From contig NW_002060980.1 of the NCBI RefSeq assembly GCF_000150275.1, forward strand, positions 6,467 to 70,466: a stretch of 64,000 bases of DNA, in the 5' to 3' direction. Made by a program: the position numbers and the translations under genes. Origin of the DNA: Trichoplax adhaerens (taxonomy: Eukaryota; Animalia; Placozoa). The notes beneath the pieces are model-generated. The model worked only from the letters and a program-made list of their open reading frames with translations. It was not told the DNA's origin and did no database searches. Every line of letters starts with the position of its first letter. Position 1 is the first letter of the stretch. Positions 30,457 to 43,800 of this stretch are shown here, in pieces.

Positions 30457-31475
30457 TTCAGTACTATTATCAAATTTTTTAAATTTTTCGCCTAATTTAG
30501 GTTGTAGTGTTAATATATTCGTTGCATACTTTTAAAAGCGAAACAGCCGCTGTAAATTATTTTCTACATATTCTCGCTTAAGTTAGTAATAAATAATCGA
30601 TGGATTACATTACGTAAATGCACTGACTATACTTATTTTGAAATTATCAATCGATGTGCAGAGCCATTCCCTGATGCGCTAAATGTACCTAGTAGAACAC
30701 TGAATCTATAACAATAATTATTCATGCCTAAATATTTTTACAATCTAACACTCGGAATATATCTATTATTTCTTGAATTTTTTCAAGATAATTAAATTGT
30801 CTAAAATAGGATAACATGTTAGTGTAAAATTTAAAGTTTATTGACTGTTATATTCGAGTGATATCAATTAACCGCCATAGCAATAAACCTTGACAATTTC
30901 GATCTTATCAATCGATACTTGTTCATAGAACTTACTGATTTTAAAAACAATTTCAGCAGTTTATAATTTTAAGATTACAAGATTGTCTAATATCAATACA
31001 TAATTTAAATGGCGTTATTTGTATAGCTACGCGTATAATTCGAGCTAAAATTGTATGATTCTACAGTGAACAGGTGTAGTATTATGAATGTATCAGCTCG
31101 AAGATTTACAATAAAATTCGATCGAAATGATAGTCTTTATACATCATTAGTTTTACGAAATCTTAACAACAAACTGATGAAATAAAGCAGTCATTACTGA
31201 AACCAATAAACTAAACTCTTTCTCATTACCTTATTTTGCAAATTATGTAGTCATTAGTAACATTACTGCTTTAGACATTGCAAATGATTACAGTGATAAT
31301 AAAAATTATAAAGTGACTACGATATGTATGCCAATATACAACATACGAAATTAATCAAGTAAATCCGCTATACTGTACACAATATCAACTAGAAGAGTAA
31401 AATTGGGGTTTAAAACATGATAAGTTAGGGTACATCAAAGCTTTTCAATTTGTATATTTATTTACTGGTGATAGA

Positions 31476-34400
31476 CTAATGTCGTCTTCTTGTTCGAGAT
31501 ATTCTCCATGAATTTGGTTCTTCATATTTGTTGTACAACGGTTCCAATCGTTCTTGCTTCTTTCTTTTACTGAGTTTTGTCGGATCGGAAAATCTAAAAA
31601 ATGTAGACGCAAATTCAACTAGCCAACGAGGATCAATAGACGTAACTTCACGCATGTATTCTTTGGTGGTTTGAACTAATTCATGATAGACAACCCAATC
31701 TGGTTGATGATTGAACAGTGCACTAGAAGGATGAATGTAAACAATTTGACTATCGACAATGGTTCTGTAGCCCTCTTGAGGATCTTTCTTAGCAGCGTTA
31801 CGGAAAAATCCACTACATATCGTTTTCTGTACTCGTACTACATTTTTACCGCATGAGATAATATCCAATTTGTGCCTATCCATGATACCTAATAATTGTT
31901 TACGAACATCTTGAGCACGACGGAGAGTTCGTGCTTGTACAAAATTTTCAAAACACCAGGGATTGGAAAATTTATTATTCTTCCACGAATTATAAACTGC
32001 TAATAATGTTAAATGATCACCTTCAGGTTGATGAAATTTTGCTTTCTTTTGATCGGCTAAAGCTTGCTTTTCTTTAGGTCGATAAAATACATTTTGAACG
32101 GATAACATCGATACAATAGTTAATAATTCTTCACTACAACCTAAATGGACTGATTGTATTAACACTTTCGATAATGGTGGCTCTAAAGGAAATTCTGCCA
32201 TACGTCGACCTAATCGTGTTAGTAAACCTTCTTCATCTAATCCACCCAATGAATGTAACTGTTCCATGGCAATGATCATACTGCCCATAGGTGGTGCATC
32301 CATGAAATCGAATGATAATAAATCATTGATTCCCATTGCTTTAAGCGATAGTACAGTACTAGCTAAGTTAGTACGTTGTATTTCTGGAACAGCACTTGAC
32401 AACATCTCGTCTCGATATGCTCTTTCAGTGTACAATCGATAACATTTACCAGGTCCAGTGCGACCAGCACGGCCAGCTCTTTGTTTAGCTTGAGCTTGTG
32501 AAATCGGTGAAACAACTAATGAATCGAAACCAGTTTTAGAATTATAAACTTTTTGTTTTACAAATCCGGGATCTACTACATAATAGACACCATCGATTGT
32601 TAACGATGTTTCAGCAATATTGGTAGCAATGACAACTTTACGGCTACCAGGAGGTGCTGGATCAAATATTCTAGTTTGCATTTCTGATGGTAGAGCACTA
32701 TAAACAGGTAAGATAATCAACTCTGGTACTTCAGGCCCTAACGACTTCATTCGTTCGTATAAAATTTCACAAGCTGTCTCAATTTCTTCTTGTCCAGTTA
32801 AAAATACCAATATATCACCGGGTGGTTCGGTTAAATGAATTTGCATGACAGTAATTAAAGAAGCATCTAAATAATCACTTTCAGCTTCTTTAGTGTATAA
32901 CATTTCAACAGGATAAGTACGCCCAGGTATGGTAAATATCGGCGCTTCAAAGAAATAGGAAGAAAATTTGACGGCATCTAGTGTTGCTGAAGTGACTATT
33001 AGCTTTAGATCAGGTCTCTTTTTGACAGCTTTTTTCATTAAACCAAAGAGGACATCAGTATGTATTGTTCGCTCATGTGCCTCATCCAACATTATAATCG
33101 AGTATTGATTAAGATCGGAATCGATTAAGCATTCTCGTAATAACATACCATCGGTCATGTATTTAATTTTAGTCTCTGGTGAAGTACAATCTTCGAAACG
33201 GATAGTGTAGCCCACTTCTTGGCCTAACCGACAACCAAATTCTTCAGAGACTCTTTTAGCAACTGACATTGCCGCAACACGACGTGGTTGAGTACAACCA
33301 ATTTTTCCATAAGAGATGAAACCTTCTTCAGCCAAATATTGCGTAATTTGAGTAGTTTTACCGCTACCGGTTTCACCAATAACAATCAAGATTTGATTAC
33401 CAGCGACAGCTTGAACTAGATTTTCTTTTAATTTATAAATAGGTAAGCCTTGTCGTTGTTCAAGAATAGATAGGGTAGTTTTGCGCCCGTACGATGCTTT
33501 AATACCGCCAAAAGATTTAATTTTCCATTCAGGCATATCTTGTGCAGGCATACCCATACCACGAATGCTATCAGCTAATAAGCGGCCAGTATTATCTGGC
33601 ATGGGATCGATCCAATTTTTATTTAAATCTTTGGGTACCTCTTCTTGTTGTGCTTGTCTTTGTGCCATTTTCATTTCACGACGATCTTTGGCTAAAGCAC
33701 TTTGTGTGATAGCAGCACGCTGTAATGAGCCATCGGGATTTTTAACAATTTTAATAGGACTAACATCAATACTTAATCGTGTTTGGCCTCTTAAGAAAGA
33801 AGGTTCTTCTTCTTTTAATTCGATTTCGATATCCTCATCCGATTGAGGATCGCCTTTATCAACTATGCTACTGGTAATTTCTTCATCTAATTCGGGATAT
33901 TGAGATTTGTCGACCACACCAGAAGATATCAATTGTTTAATTTCCCATCTTTCAGGCGATGTCATTCGTTGAATACGCCGTTTAGAAGCCTTATCGTCCT
34001 CTTCTCGTACAACTAGACGTGGTACAGTAGCTGGACGATCGGGATTTCGACTAGTATCAATTTTATCTTCCAATTTTCTATGTCTACCACGATTAGAATT
34101 TAAATCTTCACCATTGGCTTGGTCGACATCACGTATAGATAAGCTCATCTTTGTACCAGTAAATGATAGCACTTTAACATAAACTTTTTGACCACGAGTA
34201 ACCACGTCAGCAACATTGGCAACCCTGCCTTCACGGCGTATTTCCGAGACATGGACTAAACCTTCAAATTTACGACTGAACCCTTCTAACTGGACAAAAC
34301 AGCCAAATTGTAATATACTTGTAATACGACCTCGATAAATTTCATATATTTCGGGTTCTTTGGGTGGTGGCCTATTAACATGTGCATCAGATCGTTCTGA

Positions 34401-34988
34401 TCGATGTTTGCGATGGCCATCCGGGCTTTTCGATCTTTTCCGACGCTTATGTCGGTCATTTCTGTCATGATGTTGCTTCAATTCTGGACTAGGGCTTCTT
34501 TTATGATGATGTTTCCTACTTGGTCTATCTGTTGGTGGACTAGATGGAGCATTTTTTGATTTTTCTAGTAATTCTTCCAATTGATTCATCGTTGCATCAA
34601 CCTCTTGACGATGTTGATCATTTTTCTCGATTTCTTCGTCAGGTAGGCATAAACTTGGAAATATCTTTCTCTGTTCTACAGTCTCATTATTGCTTTGGCC
34701 CACCTGAGTCTCTGATGACAGTAAGTTACTCTCTTGAGAGGCATGTTTAGTGAGGAATTCAGGTTTCATTTGTTGAATAATACGTAATAAATTGGCAACA
34801 AATGAATCGGGAAATTCGGCACCATTTTCAGCCAGCACGGCTTTGAATTGCTCCAAAGTAGAATTTTGCTCCGCTAAGGAAATGATAAATTCGGCAAGAT
34901 CTTTATCATTCAAGCCTAAATGATTTTCTAACTCTGTGCATACTTTAGAGACCAATGAGAGATGTTCCAACCTTTGAAGTTCGTCCAT
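31476..34988 (-). CDS. DHX8: Pre-mRNA splicing DEAH-box helicase PRP22/DHX8, CDS without introns (1170 aa)
   Basis: N-terminus [20 protein letters not shown]1 domain ([16 protein letters not shown]), [33 protein letters not shown], and C-terminus [18 protein letters not shown]. Confidence 0.98.
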   Translation of the reverse strand: MDELQRLEHLSLVSKVCTELENHLGLNDKDLAEFIISLAEQNSTLEQFKAVLAENGAEFPDSFVANLLRIIQQMKPEFLTKHASQESNLLSSETQVGQSNNETVEQRKIFPSLCLPDEEIEKNDQHRQEVDATMNQLEELLEKSKNAPSSPPTDRPSRKHHHKRSPSPELKQHHDRNDRHKRRKRSKSPDGHRKHRSERSDAHVNRPPPKEPEIYEIYRGRITSILQFGCFVQLEGFSRKFEGLVHVSEIRREGRVANVADVVTRGQKVYVKVLSFTGTKMSLSIRDVDQANGEDLNSNRGRHRKLEDKIDTSRNPDRPATVPRLVVREEDDKASKRRIQRMTSPERWEIKQLISSGVVDKSQYPELDEEITSSIVDKGDPQSDEDIEIELKEEEPSFLRGQTRLSIDVSPIKIVKNPDGSLQRAAITQSALAKDRREMKMAQRQAQQEEVPKDLNKNWIDPMPDNTGRLLADSIRGMGMPAQDMPEWKIKSFGGIKASYGRKTTLSILEQRQGLPIYKLKENLVQAVAGNQILIVIGETGSGKTTQITQYLAEEGFISYGKIGCTQPRRVAAMSVAKRVSEEFGCRLGQEVGYTIRFEDCTSPETKIKYMTDGMLLRECLIDSDLNQYSIIMLDEAHERTIHTDVLFGLMKKAVKKRPDLKLIVTSATLDAVKFSSYFFEAPIFTIPGRTYPVEMLYTKEAESDYLDASLITVMQIHLTEPPGDILVFLTGQEEIETACEILYERMKSLGPEVPELIILPVYSALPSEMQTRIFDPAPPGSRKVVIATNIAETSLTIDGVYYVVDPGFVKQKVYNSKTGFDSLVVSPISQAQAKQRAGRAGRTGPGKCYRLYTERAYRDEMLSSAVPEIQRTNLASTVLSLKAMGINDLLSFDFMDAPPMGSMIIAMEQLHSLGGLDEEGLLTRLGRRMAEFPLEPPLSKVLIQSVHLGCSEELLTIVSMLSVQNVFYRPKEKQALADQKKAKFHQPEGDHLTLLAVYNSWKNNKFSNPWCFENFVQARTLRRAQDVRKQLLGIMDRHKLDIISCGKNVVRVQKTICSGFFRNAAKKDPQEGYRTIVDSQIVYIHPSSALFNHQPDWVVYHELVQTTKEYMREVTSIDPRWLVEFASTFFRFSDPTKLSKRKKQERLEPLYNKYEEPNSWRISRTRRRH

Positions 34989-35039
34989 ACTTGACTTGTT
35001 GAGGTAGCTCTTGGTCTAGAAGGCAATCAATTATGAATT

Positions 35040-35372
35040 ATAATATAATAATTCAATCATCATCAACATTCTTATTCATACCAAGATCATGAATTATAAT
35101 ATAATGATTCAATCATCATCAACATTATTCTTCATACCAAGATCATAAATTAGAATATAATGATTCAATCATCATCAACATTCTTATTCATACCAAGATC
35201 ATGAATTGAATATAATGATTGAATCATCATCAACATTATTCTTCATACCAAGATCATAAATTAGAATATAATGATTCAATCATCATCAACATTCTTATTG
35301 AAACCAAGATCATGAATTGTAATGTAATAATGATTGAATCATCATCCAAATTATGATTAATACCAAGATTCC
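35040..35372. repeat. 56-bp minisatellite, ~6 copies with alternating A/B variants
   Basis: Units attcaatcatcatcaacatt(c/a)tt(a/c)ttcataccaagatcat(g/a)aatt... start at 35051, 35107, 35163, 35218, 35274 and 35333. Confidence 0.95.
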
Positions 35373-35390
35373 AAGTCGATCGTCACTTTA

Positions 35391-35405
35391 CCTAACCCTA
35401 ACCCT
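35391..35405 (-). repeat. Short interstitial telomere-type motif, about 2.5 copies of TTAGGG
   Basis: cctaaccctaaccct on the plus strand. Confidence 0.5.
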
Positions 35406-36815
35406 GTTTGTTATTATTATTATGATTACTACTACGTTTTTGACAGACGTGCTTTTCTACCACTAGCAGACTATTGTACCATCGATTACTCACTCCATCT
35501 TACCAGTAAGATGAAGGGATCAACAGTCATATCCGACTCTTCCAATTTTGATTGACTTTTCAAAGTATTCTAGTAGTGTTGATACTATGAGAGTATCAAT
35601 TCGTCGCCATTCACAATCACCATGGAAAGTACATGAAAATTGGTTGTTCAAAGTTGACTGAGTGGTCGCTTTTCTACTTACAGTACCCTGGTAGACTACT
35701 TTCTGTCGTTGTCGAGCAGACATCCGTACGACAAGTTGAAGAGGTGGATGGCCAAGGCACCTTCCCTGCTGCTTTGTTGCAAATCTTGATTTCAAGACTA
35801 TCTAAACTGCAGGAGTTGGATATTACTGTTCATCTAGCAGATGAAGTAGTCCATGACTGTGCTGTACTATCTATCAGTACACCGATAGTTGATTCAATCA
35901 ATCCATCCATCGTATGTACTAGATGAGGATTTTCGACGTTGACTTGTTAACAGTCAGAATTGGATTGCATCTGCAGTCACTTTGACTACCGTGGTCTCGA
36001 TCGATGGTGATGACCAACAACTTGTACAGTATAACTCCATTTAATACAAACTCTCCACACTACGTCTACCTATTTTCTTTCATACTTACTTTGAATACAA
36101 TTTACTTTCCTTCAAGACTTTCCACTTTTAAATACCAATGGATAGAATGGACAGATTCTGCATGCAGCAATAACGCCAATGGTTGGAGAGCGAATTCTCG
36201 GTTGCCCACTGCTCTGCATGTGTTTGATGGAGTGAGGCAAAAAGAGACAGCCCGCCTGCTCCCTTCTTCTACTCAATCTACTATACTGTATCGCTGAAAG
36301 CGTCCACTGTACTGTAGTTGGTATAAACCAACTTGACCGACCCTGGACAGAGGACACGACGCATGAGCACTTGCGGTTGTACGTTCGTGGCATATTGTAC
36401 ACAGACGAAATATGCGCCTGCTATACTGCCTACTGTACAATACAGTAATGTACGATACGCATACCATACAGTCACTGTCAGTCAGAGAGTACAGTGTACA
36501 GTGCAGTATACTGTACTGTGCTGTACTGTACACTGTACGCGAGCAGCCATTTCAGCATCAAACGTCACACGAACGTCGCGTCGCCTACCAAGACAAACGA
36601 TTGACACTTGTGGTTGACTGCAAGTATGCAGATGACACATATTCACTACTGAGTTCTACTGTAGTGTAGAGTATACAGTGTAAAATGATACTGTACAGTA
36701 TGAGTGTACAGTACAGTACTGTACTGTACGTCGCGTTTTATTGATCCACATTGGATCCTAAAATGGTGGGATACAGCTAGACGGCAGAGCAGACTCTACT
36801 GTAGTGTACATGTAT

Positions 36816-37128
36816 TTAGGATAAGAAGAAGAACTTGATTACATCCATAAAAAGGTTACAGAAGATGAGCAATCCAAAAGCGATCGCTAATAGTAGAACG
36901 TTTGTCGAGTAATCTCAATTTAGCAAATCTGAGAGGCTACTTTAGCTCTCGATCTCCAAGACCGTTTTATACGATCCTGGCCCATCTTATTGGTCAACCT
37001 ATTTTGAACAAAACTCCAACACAAATATTTCAAGATGTAGGTCATTCTCGGCCTGCGCTGTGACCAATCTGAGGCCAAACATCGCAGCTCAACAACAGCC
37101 TGGCGACCGATCCAACATAGCGCGAACA
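36816..37128 (-). mobile_element. 313-bp dispersed repeat, solo-LTR-like (copy 2)
   Basis: The reverse complement begins TGTTCGCGCTATGTTGGATCGGTCG and ends CTTATCCTAA(ATACA), collinear with 15705-16017. Confidence 0.7.
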
Positions 37129-37269
37129 ACCCAATCGATCATATCGAAATTCTAATACAGATGACATTATTACAGGCTGCATCCGCCAGTTTCCTATTAC
37201 ACTAATTTATTATGACTAGTATCATAGGCTGTGGGACTGGATCGGTAACACAAGCTGTACTAGTACTAT

Positions 37270-37916
37270 GGTAGGTCTTCCTTTATTAAGTGAATCCATG
37301 TCTAGTATGTCTGTCTGTCTACCTTGCCGGCACTAGTACTACAGTACAATATAGTAGCCATTGGTAGGTCTTCTTGTACTAAGTGAGTCCATGTCGAGTA
37401 CGTCTGTCTGTCTACCTTGCCGGCACTAGTACTATAGTAGCCATTGGTAGGTCTTCTTGTACTGTACTAAGAGAGTCCATGTCCAGAAGTCTGCCTGTCT
37501 ACCTTGCCGGCACTAGTACTATGGTAGCCATTGGTAGGTCTTCTTGTACTAAGTGAGTCCATGTCCAGAGGTCTGTCTGTCTACCTTGCCGGCACGAGTA
37601 CTATGGTAGACATTGGTAGGTCTTCTTTTACGAAGTGAGTCCATGTCCAGTACTTCTGTCTGTCTACCTTGCCAGTACTAGTACAGTACATAGTACAGTA
37701 CAGTACTGTGGTAGGTCTTCTTTTATTAAGTGAGTCCATGTCCAGTAAACCATGGTCTGTCTGTCTATCTTGCCTGTACTTAGTGTACTCGTCGGGTCGG
37801 TCTTCTTCTATTAAGTGAGTCCATGTCCGGTAGACCTTGGTCTGTCTGTCTACCTTGCCTGTACACTGTACAGTGTACAGTGTACAGTAACAGTACTAAC
37901 AGTAGTACTATGGTAG
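37270..37916. repeat. Minisatellite array, ~7.5 units of 82-117 bp with a conserved core and variable ACAGT-rich linker
   Basis: Core GGTAGGTCTTC...TAAGTGAGTCCATGTC...GTCTGTCTGTCTACCTTGCC starts at 37270, 37363, 37446, 37533, 37615, 37710 and 37795, with a partial copy at 37912. Confidence 0.95.
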
Positions 37917-40824
37917 GAATGTTGCGCAATCTACTCCTACTCAATGGCTCCCTGTTCCGGAAAGAGTCAATATTGCCAAATCGACTGCAGCTTCGTCACA
38001 TCGTGAATAAATAAATACTCGGCCTTCTCCACGCCATCAATTACGTGCAGTAATGTCAACGCTATTTTTAACCTCTTGCTTGCAATCCTTCGACCATCAG
38101 TAATAGCGTGTCCAACCCTTTTGACCATTTTGGCTATGACTTCTCCAATAAGTCTTCAGAAAGTGCTCAAATCCCGTCATATTCAAGCAGAATTCGTAAG
38201 TGCTAACAAATATCATAGTAGGAGTGTAGGACTACAGCCAATACCATTCAGCTTTAGCATCGTTCTACATACAGTCAGCAGGTTATAAATTGACTTCTTC
38301 ATATGGGCCCACCGTACCACCACAACTCGATCACTTTGAATAAAACTCGTCTTGGAAGAAGCGACAAGCCATGCAAACAATTGCCATCCTAGCAGCATAA
38401 CGCAGTCAAAAATCAACACAACGTTAGCAAACATACACTACGCCAACCTCTCAAGTTGATATCACTATCATTTCTACAATTCCATACATTCAATGACCAT
38501 CAAGTACAGTAGAGTATCTACCAGTGCCATCAATCACTCTCTTTCATGTATATATACAGTCGTATCATGACAACGGATTGTTGTAGAGTAGTTGAACTAT
38601 CTGTCCATAATAACTATCCCTTTTATGAAGTTAATCGACATCAATGGTACAATACATGTTTCAACACCATAAAATCACTTATCCAGGTTGAGATCGCTTG
38701 CAAAATATCCAATCAACATCACACTCATGACACTGTTTAACGATCCTAGCATACTAAGCAAACCGTCAAATTTTGCAAATAGTATGATTACGTTTTCACT
38801 TGATTCTCCACATATCAATGATGTTGCTATGGCATGACAGATTTCCCGTTAGCATTGATCCCTCGATTCTCAATGTCCAATGTTGAAAAATAAACCGTAC
38901 ACTGTAAAGATAGTCATTCTTCAACAGACGCCTTAATTAACTCAGGATTAAGATGAACGATGTTAATTTCAATTCCATGCTACTACCAAACTATTAAACA
39001 TTCTTACAGTTTGACCAGCCTGTCATGACCATGATTGCATTATGCTTTCACCGGATCTCATTACTTTCAGTATGGTGGTTAATACCATCGATTTGAACCT
39101 CTATCAACTCTATGGTCTTGCAAAAGAGCTTTTGCAATTTACTGTACTGTATGTCATCTTGCTAGACACAGTTATATTACATGGCCACTATCCGTTAGTA
39201 TTGTACACGACTTCATTACAAGAACTTATTTGAAGTGTAGTATTGTACACAATTTCCTATTCCTCCACACTCAGTGGACAGTATAATCGAGTCTAACGTA
39301 GAAAAATGCAATGGTTGCTTCAACGATATTAAAATCAATCGTCACATTCATGAATTTCCATACAAGTTGAATACTCCATCGGCCATGTTAGCACTATGTT
39401 ATACCATGGATGACTATACGGCTAGACTTGTAGTAGTATCATACAAGACTTGCTACAACTTGTCTCCATTGCAACATTCTACATGTTTGATGGCCACTAT
39501 AGACAGTACTACTATTCAGCGTAGAATCTAGTTTGTTAAAATAGACGTTGTCAATGATCATTTAAGTAATTGATATTCATAAATTTTATACAAGTTTTCC
39601 CTTCCATAAGTCTTATATCGTCATCGGCATCATTGATGCCGTTGCACTCCAATCTTGAGTTGAAGTCACTCATCTTCTCCCCGTAAGTTCGTCAATTAAT
39701 CCGTATCAGAATTTGTTTTAATTAATGACAGCATTTTTACACTATGGACTACTACACCAAGTTCTACTACTGTATTTAACTTAGTCTAAAATAGAAATTG
39801 CTAATTAATTATCACTTTAATTGATATTCAAATGCATATTATTATTTCCTTCAATTGTATACTTTGCAAGGTAATCATCTTGGTACGCTGATTCAACAGG
39901 TGGTCAATAAAAACAAATCTAGTAATTATGAAGGGCATGTTTAAATTCAATTTTACTCGATTAATGAACATCCCAAGCAAATGCCCATTCCAGCCACAGT
40001 AACATGACTAACATCAACAACTTCGATTAGCAGTAAACTGTACTGTACTGTTCTGCAAGCTTGTGCACCACCAATCTTTACGTTAAAGACGCGTCTATAT
40101 TTGAGGATAAAATTCATATCAGAACTACGTACAGTTCAATAAAACATTATTCTACTTTAAAATAAACTGTCTCTCGAGTATAAATTTTACATTTTTGATA
40201 AACAAGCTTTCCGCTTGCTATCACAACGAAGACATTAGTAAACCAGTGCGTAATCGAGATGTTGAGGTCTATCTACAGTAGTACGACAGCTCTTGGCTAG
40301 AGTTACTGCTGTGGTTCCGGATTTTAAACTAAACTAAATTTTTCAATGAAGACTTAATTAAGGCATACGCCTATCTTTACTCTGAATATCTACTTGCCTT
40401 TCAATAAAACCTGATTATAAAGGCTATTCCTTATTAAGTAAAGCTTGACGTTAATTCAATACATTCAAGTAACTTAGTCGTGGACAATCTGCGGCTTGTA
40501 AATATACTGCTTACTTACGCGCACACATATATTCATAGTAAAGAATTGACGATACCGTTAGGTTCAAAGCATAGATGCTTTCATTTTATATTCCAATCTT
40601 CACTATGCATATGAAAACTAATCACCTTTCAATGAAATTGTTTTCATCCACGCGTATTCCTATATCTTGTATCCGGGATAATGAGATAATTTACTCTTGA
40701 AACAAAGCTTATAGATGTGTAACTTATAGTGATAACATCGTACTGTATAGGAAATAAAATTGGTTAGAGTAATGGCGCAAATCATAAATCGAAAATCTTA
40801 GTATGCTTATATTTATTCTCACAG

Positions 40825-43800
40825 CGAGTCCGTGGCAATCGAACGGATCCTTCAACACACTTACTATTTGGAGAAGATGTTGCTTTTTGTATAGATAATG
40901 CCTACCTTGTTGAAACATTTCATGAACTGGCCAAAGGCGTCTTCTTCATCACCAATTACAGAATTATCTTTGCTGGCTATTATATGAAAGTACGCGTAAG
41001 AATATTCCAATAATTTAGAGAATGTTATAGATCAACTCTATTGAGATCAAAACGATTAGGTAATGATAAAATGGGTATCAAAGTAAATAAAAGTTGTACT
41101 TCGAAAATAATTTTGGATCAAGATACGGGCTAAGGCAACCAACATTATGCAATCTATCATCACATAAACATACACGTCGAAAGTTCATCGTAAAATACAG
41201 TAGTAATAAAATCACTACCATAAATGGAATATCCATACCATAAAGGCAGATACTCTGCTTAAAGAAGAGTATTTTTTTTACTTTAAAATGCAAGACTTCT
41301 AGTTACAAGGCTTAAATATTATTTTTGTGCTTGTAGTAAATTACATTATTACAATCTATATTTACGAGTATGTCATTAATGTGTAGTTGTATACTAGTCA
41401 TGGTATAGCTAATTATATAAGTATGTAACGATGAGTTGGATAGTACTTTAATGCTTAACTAGTTCAATAAAGTTGTGCTCATATAGAACAGTACCGCAAC
41501 GATGCAATACTCTATAAGCTCGTATTTCAGAGGTAACAATTACAGTACTTACACGGAACTTGCAGTAAGTCTACACCAGCCTTGTAGATTATAAGAAGAG
41601 AAATATGGTATTATTGAGAAATCGTCTACATACCCTTGAAAATATTTAGGCCAAGAAGAAGAGAGGCAAAGTTCTACAGCAAATCAATCTCTTATGCTTG
41701 TATTGTATTTAAGTTGTAAACAAGCTTAATCTTCATAAGACTTTGTGATGCTTTAGTTACATCATAGTATTCACTTGAGTTGGCGTAAATTTAGCTCTTG
41801 ATCTGAAAGAATTATATTATGCTATAACATTTAACAGTATTGCAACAAGTATCAGCCAAAGATATTATAGATGAGTTGCACATAATTTAATACAAATAAT
41901 CTTTAAGAGCCTTTATTATGCTTTAGACGCATAGTTACGATTTTAAAATTTAAAATCATTTTTCAGTATAAAGATATTTACAAAGCCGGTAAAACTAGTA
42001 TGGTTAGTAAAGCCGTCAAGGTTATCACCAAATCAAATACTTCCTTTAAGTAAGTTTTTAGCAAGTTGTAATCAATCTTGGTATTTAATATATGAATACT
42101 GTACGTCGTCATGATCTTGCATCAGCTTTTATTCATTGATTGTAAAAGCCAATTTTTACTTATCAACGATTAGACCTATCGACGTAGTATCTATGACGAC
42201 AAAGCTTCAGTCCACCAATGATGGCAATAGCAACATTCGTGATTCTTTGACGATGGAGCTGAAGAAGCAAATATTAAGTACTTAATAATATACGATGTTG
42301 TATTCTATCTCTTACTTTGTAGTGGTGAGCAACTAAAACTATGCCATTTTGAGATTCTTTTAGAATTACATTTTTTAATAAATATACTATATAATGATTT
42401 GTATAATAGAACATATAAATAATTTATTGCATATTTATAATTCACTACAATAATTCTAATTTTATTTAGCTATTGAAGATGTGATATCAATACCTCTTAC
42501 CTCTATTGATGACCTTGCAAATGTACCATTAGTACATTTAATTCGAGAGAAGCTATCCCTAGAGTCTGGAGTAAAACTTATCTCCCGAATTTGCCATGAT
42601 ATTGTGGTATAGGCAAATTAATAGTGTATGTTTTATTATAGAAGACTATTCTGTTGTCTAATTGTATAATTTTATCTGCAGATCTGCATTCCATATGATA
42701 ATATTTATAGTGTCGATTATTTGATTAAACAATTATACATACGAATGCGAAGCGTCCCAACAGGAATGACTGCTATATTCGCATTTCGTCACTTTAAAAA
42801 AATTTGTACTAGCAAATCTGGAGAGAAATATATACCTGTCAAGGACGAGTTTAACAGCAACATCTATAGTTTTGAAGGTAGGATATGAATTTTTAAGCAT
42901 TACGCGAGTGCATCTAGAGTTTATAAATGAATATTGTCTAACATCGTATTTCACTATAATTTGATGTAGCTGAGACCGCTAGAATTGATATTACTGACGA
43001 TAACAACTGGGATGGTAATCCTTTAGCGATCAAATCATTTTTTTAGATACAAGTCTGTCTAAAACTATTATAATTATGCATAGATTGTGTATACACTTAT
43101 CCATAGCTATAAGTAGACGTAGACATTTTAAGACTAAGGTAGACTTAAAAACGTTCGATCTCAATCTCTGAACCTTTTTTGCAATCGAGTACAACAACCG
43201 ATACATGAATTTGAAACTAACTATCTTCGTATTTTATTAGTGATTAATAACAACGGCAGTGAATCTTACCCTATATTTGCCCATAATATAATTATACCGA
43301 GAACTTTCCATACATCACTATTACCAGAGTTAGCAAAACGTTACAGGTTCAAGCGATATAATTCATTTTAAATTGTTGTAGCGAAGTGTAAATGATCACA
43401 TTACACTTTCGTACCGTGCTAATTAGTATGCTTTTATAATGAAAAATTATTATAAAAGAGGAGGTAGATTTCCAATTGTTTGTTGGAAGGAAAAAGATAC
43501 TAATTGTTTCCTGCTAAGATCGGCTTATATGATAGAATCAAGGTATCTCAATAACTTTTGTAATACTTTAAGCTGTTAACTACTGCTTCATCATAGAACT
43601 TCAATAAATTCTTATTCTATGCAGATCGAATTCCATCGACAAGTCTGCACACCTTGAAGATTACTACTATCATATATGTAATTGCTTGGGCAAATCCACT
43701 GACATAAAGCTATACATTTTCTCTCCAAGGTGACTTGATTAGCGGTTACTTTACTCTTCTATGTTTCCAATACGTTTTCCAAATATTACTGTTAGATATT

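Larger units (their letters stand above)
35684..39900 (+). pseudogene. Decayed uDENN/DENN/dDENN (and probably SBF2-domain) exons of the SBF/MTMR5-13-like gene
   Basis: Collinear frameshifted fragments: LVDYF (35688-35702) then VVV; AGVGYYC (35809-35829); TTVVSIDGD (~35981-36011); LNGS..VPERVNIAK (37940-37980); PSPRHQLRAVMSTLFLTSCLQSFDHQ* (38023-38103); LKSRHIQAEF|gtaagt (38166-38195); AGYK and SITLNKTRLGR (38278-38359). These parallel SBF2 LADYFIVVG, QGIELFC, VLTDIDSD, LDGGTIKIPECIHL, PEPLLHQ..LEVADH, LDKEVRAVF, QGYR and VIHFHKTAFLGQR. The right boundary is approximate. Confidence 0.6.

Noticed and set aside
33481-34750. ORFs overlapping DHX8 (33481-33846, 34286-34468, 34544-34750)
   Set aside because: Antisense or alternate-frame shadows of a conserved CDS.
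35510-35600. GINSHIRLF and ILIDFSK resemble non-LTR reverse transcriptase motifs
   Set aside because: They are in the wrong order and different frames, there is no YADD/FADD, and the adjacent sequence is better explained as DENN remnants.
37270-37916. CRISPR-like repeat/spacer appearance
   Set aside because: Eukaryotic context, linkers are related low-complexity ACAGT sequence rather than unique spacers, and there are no cas genes.
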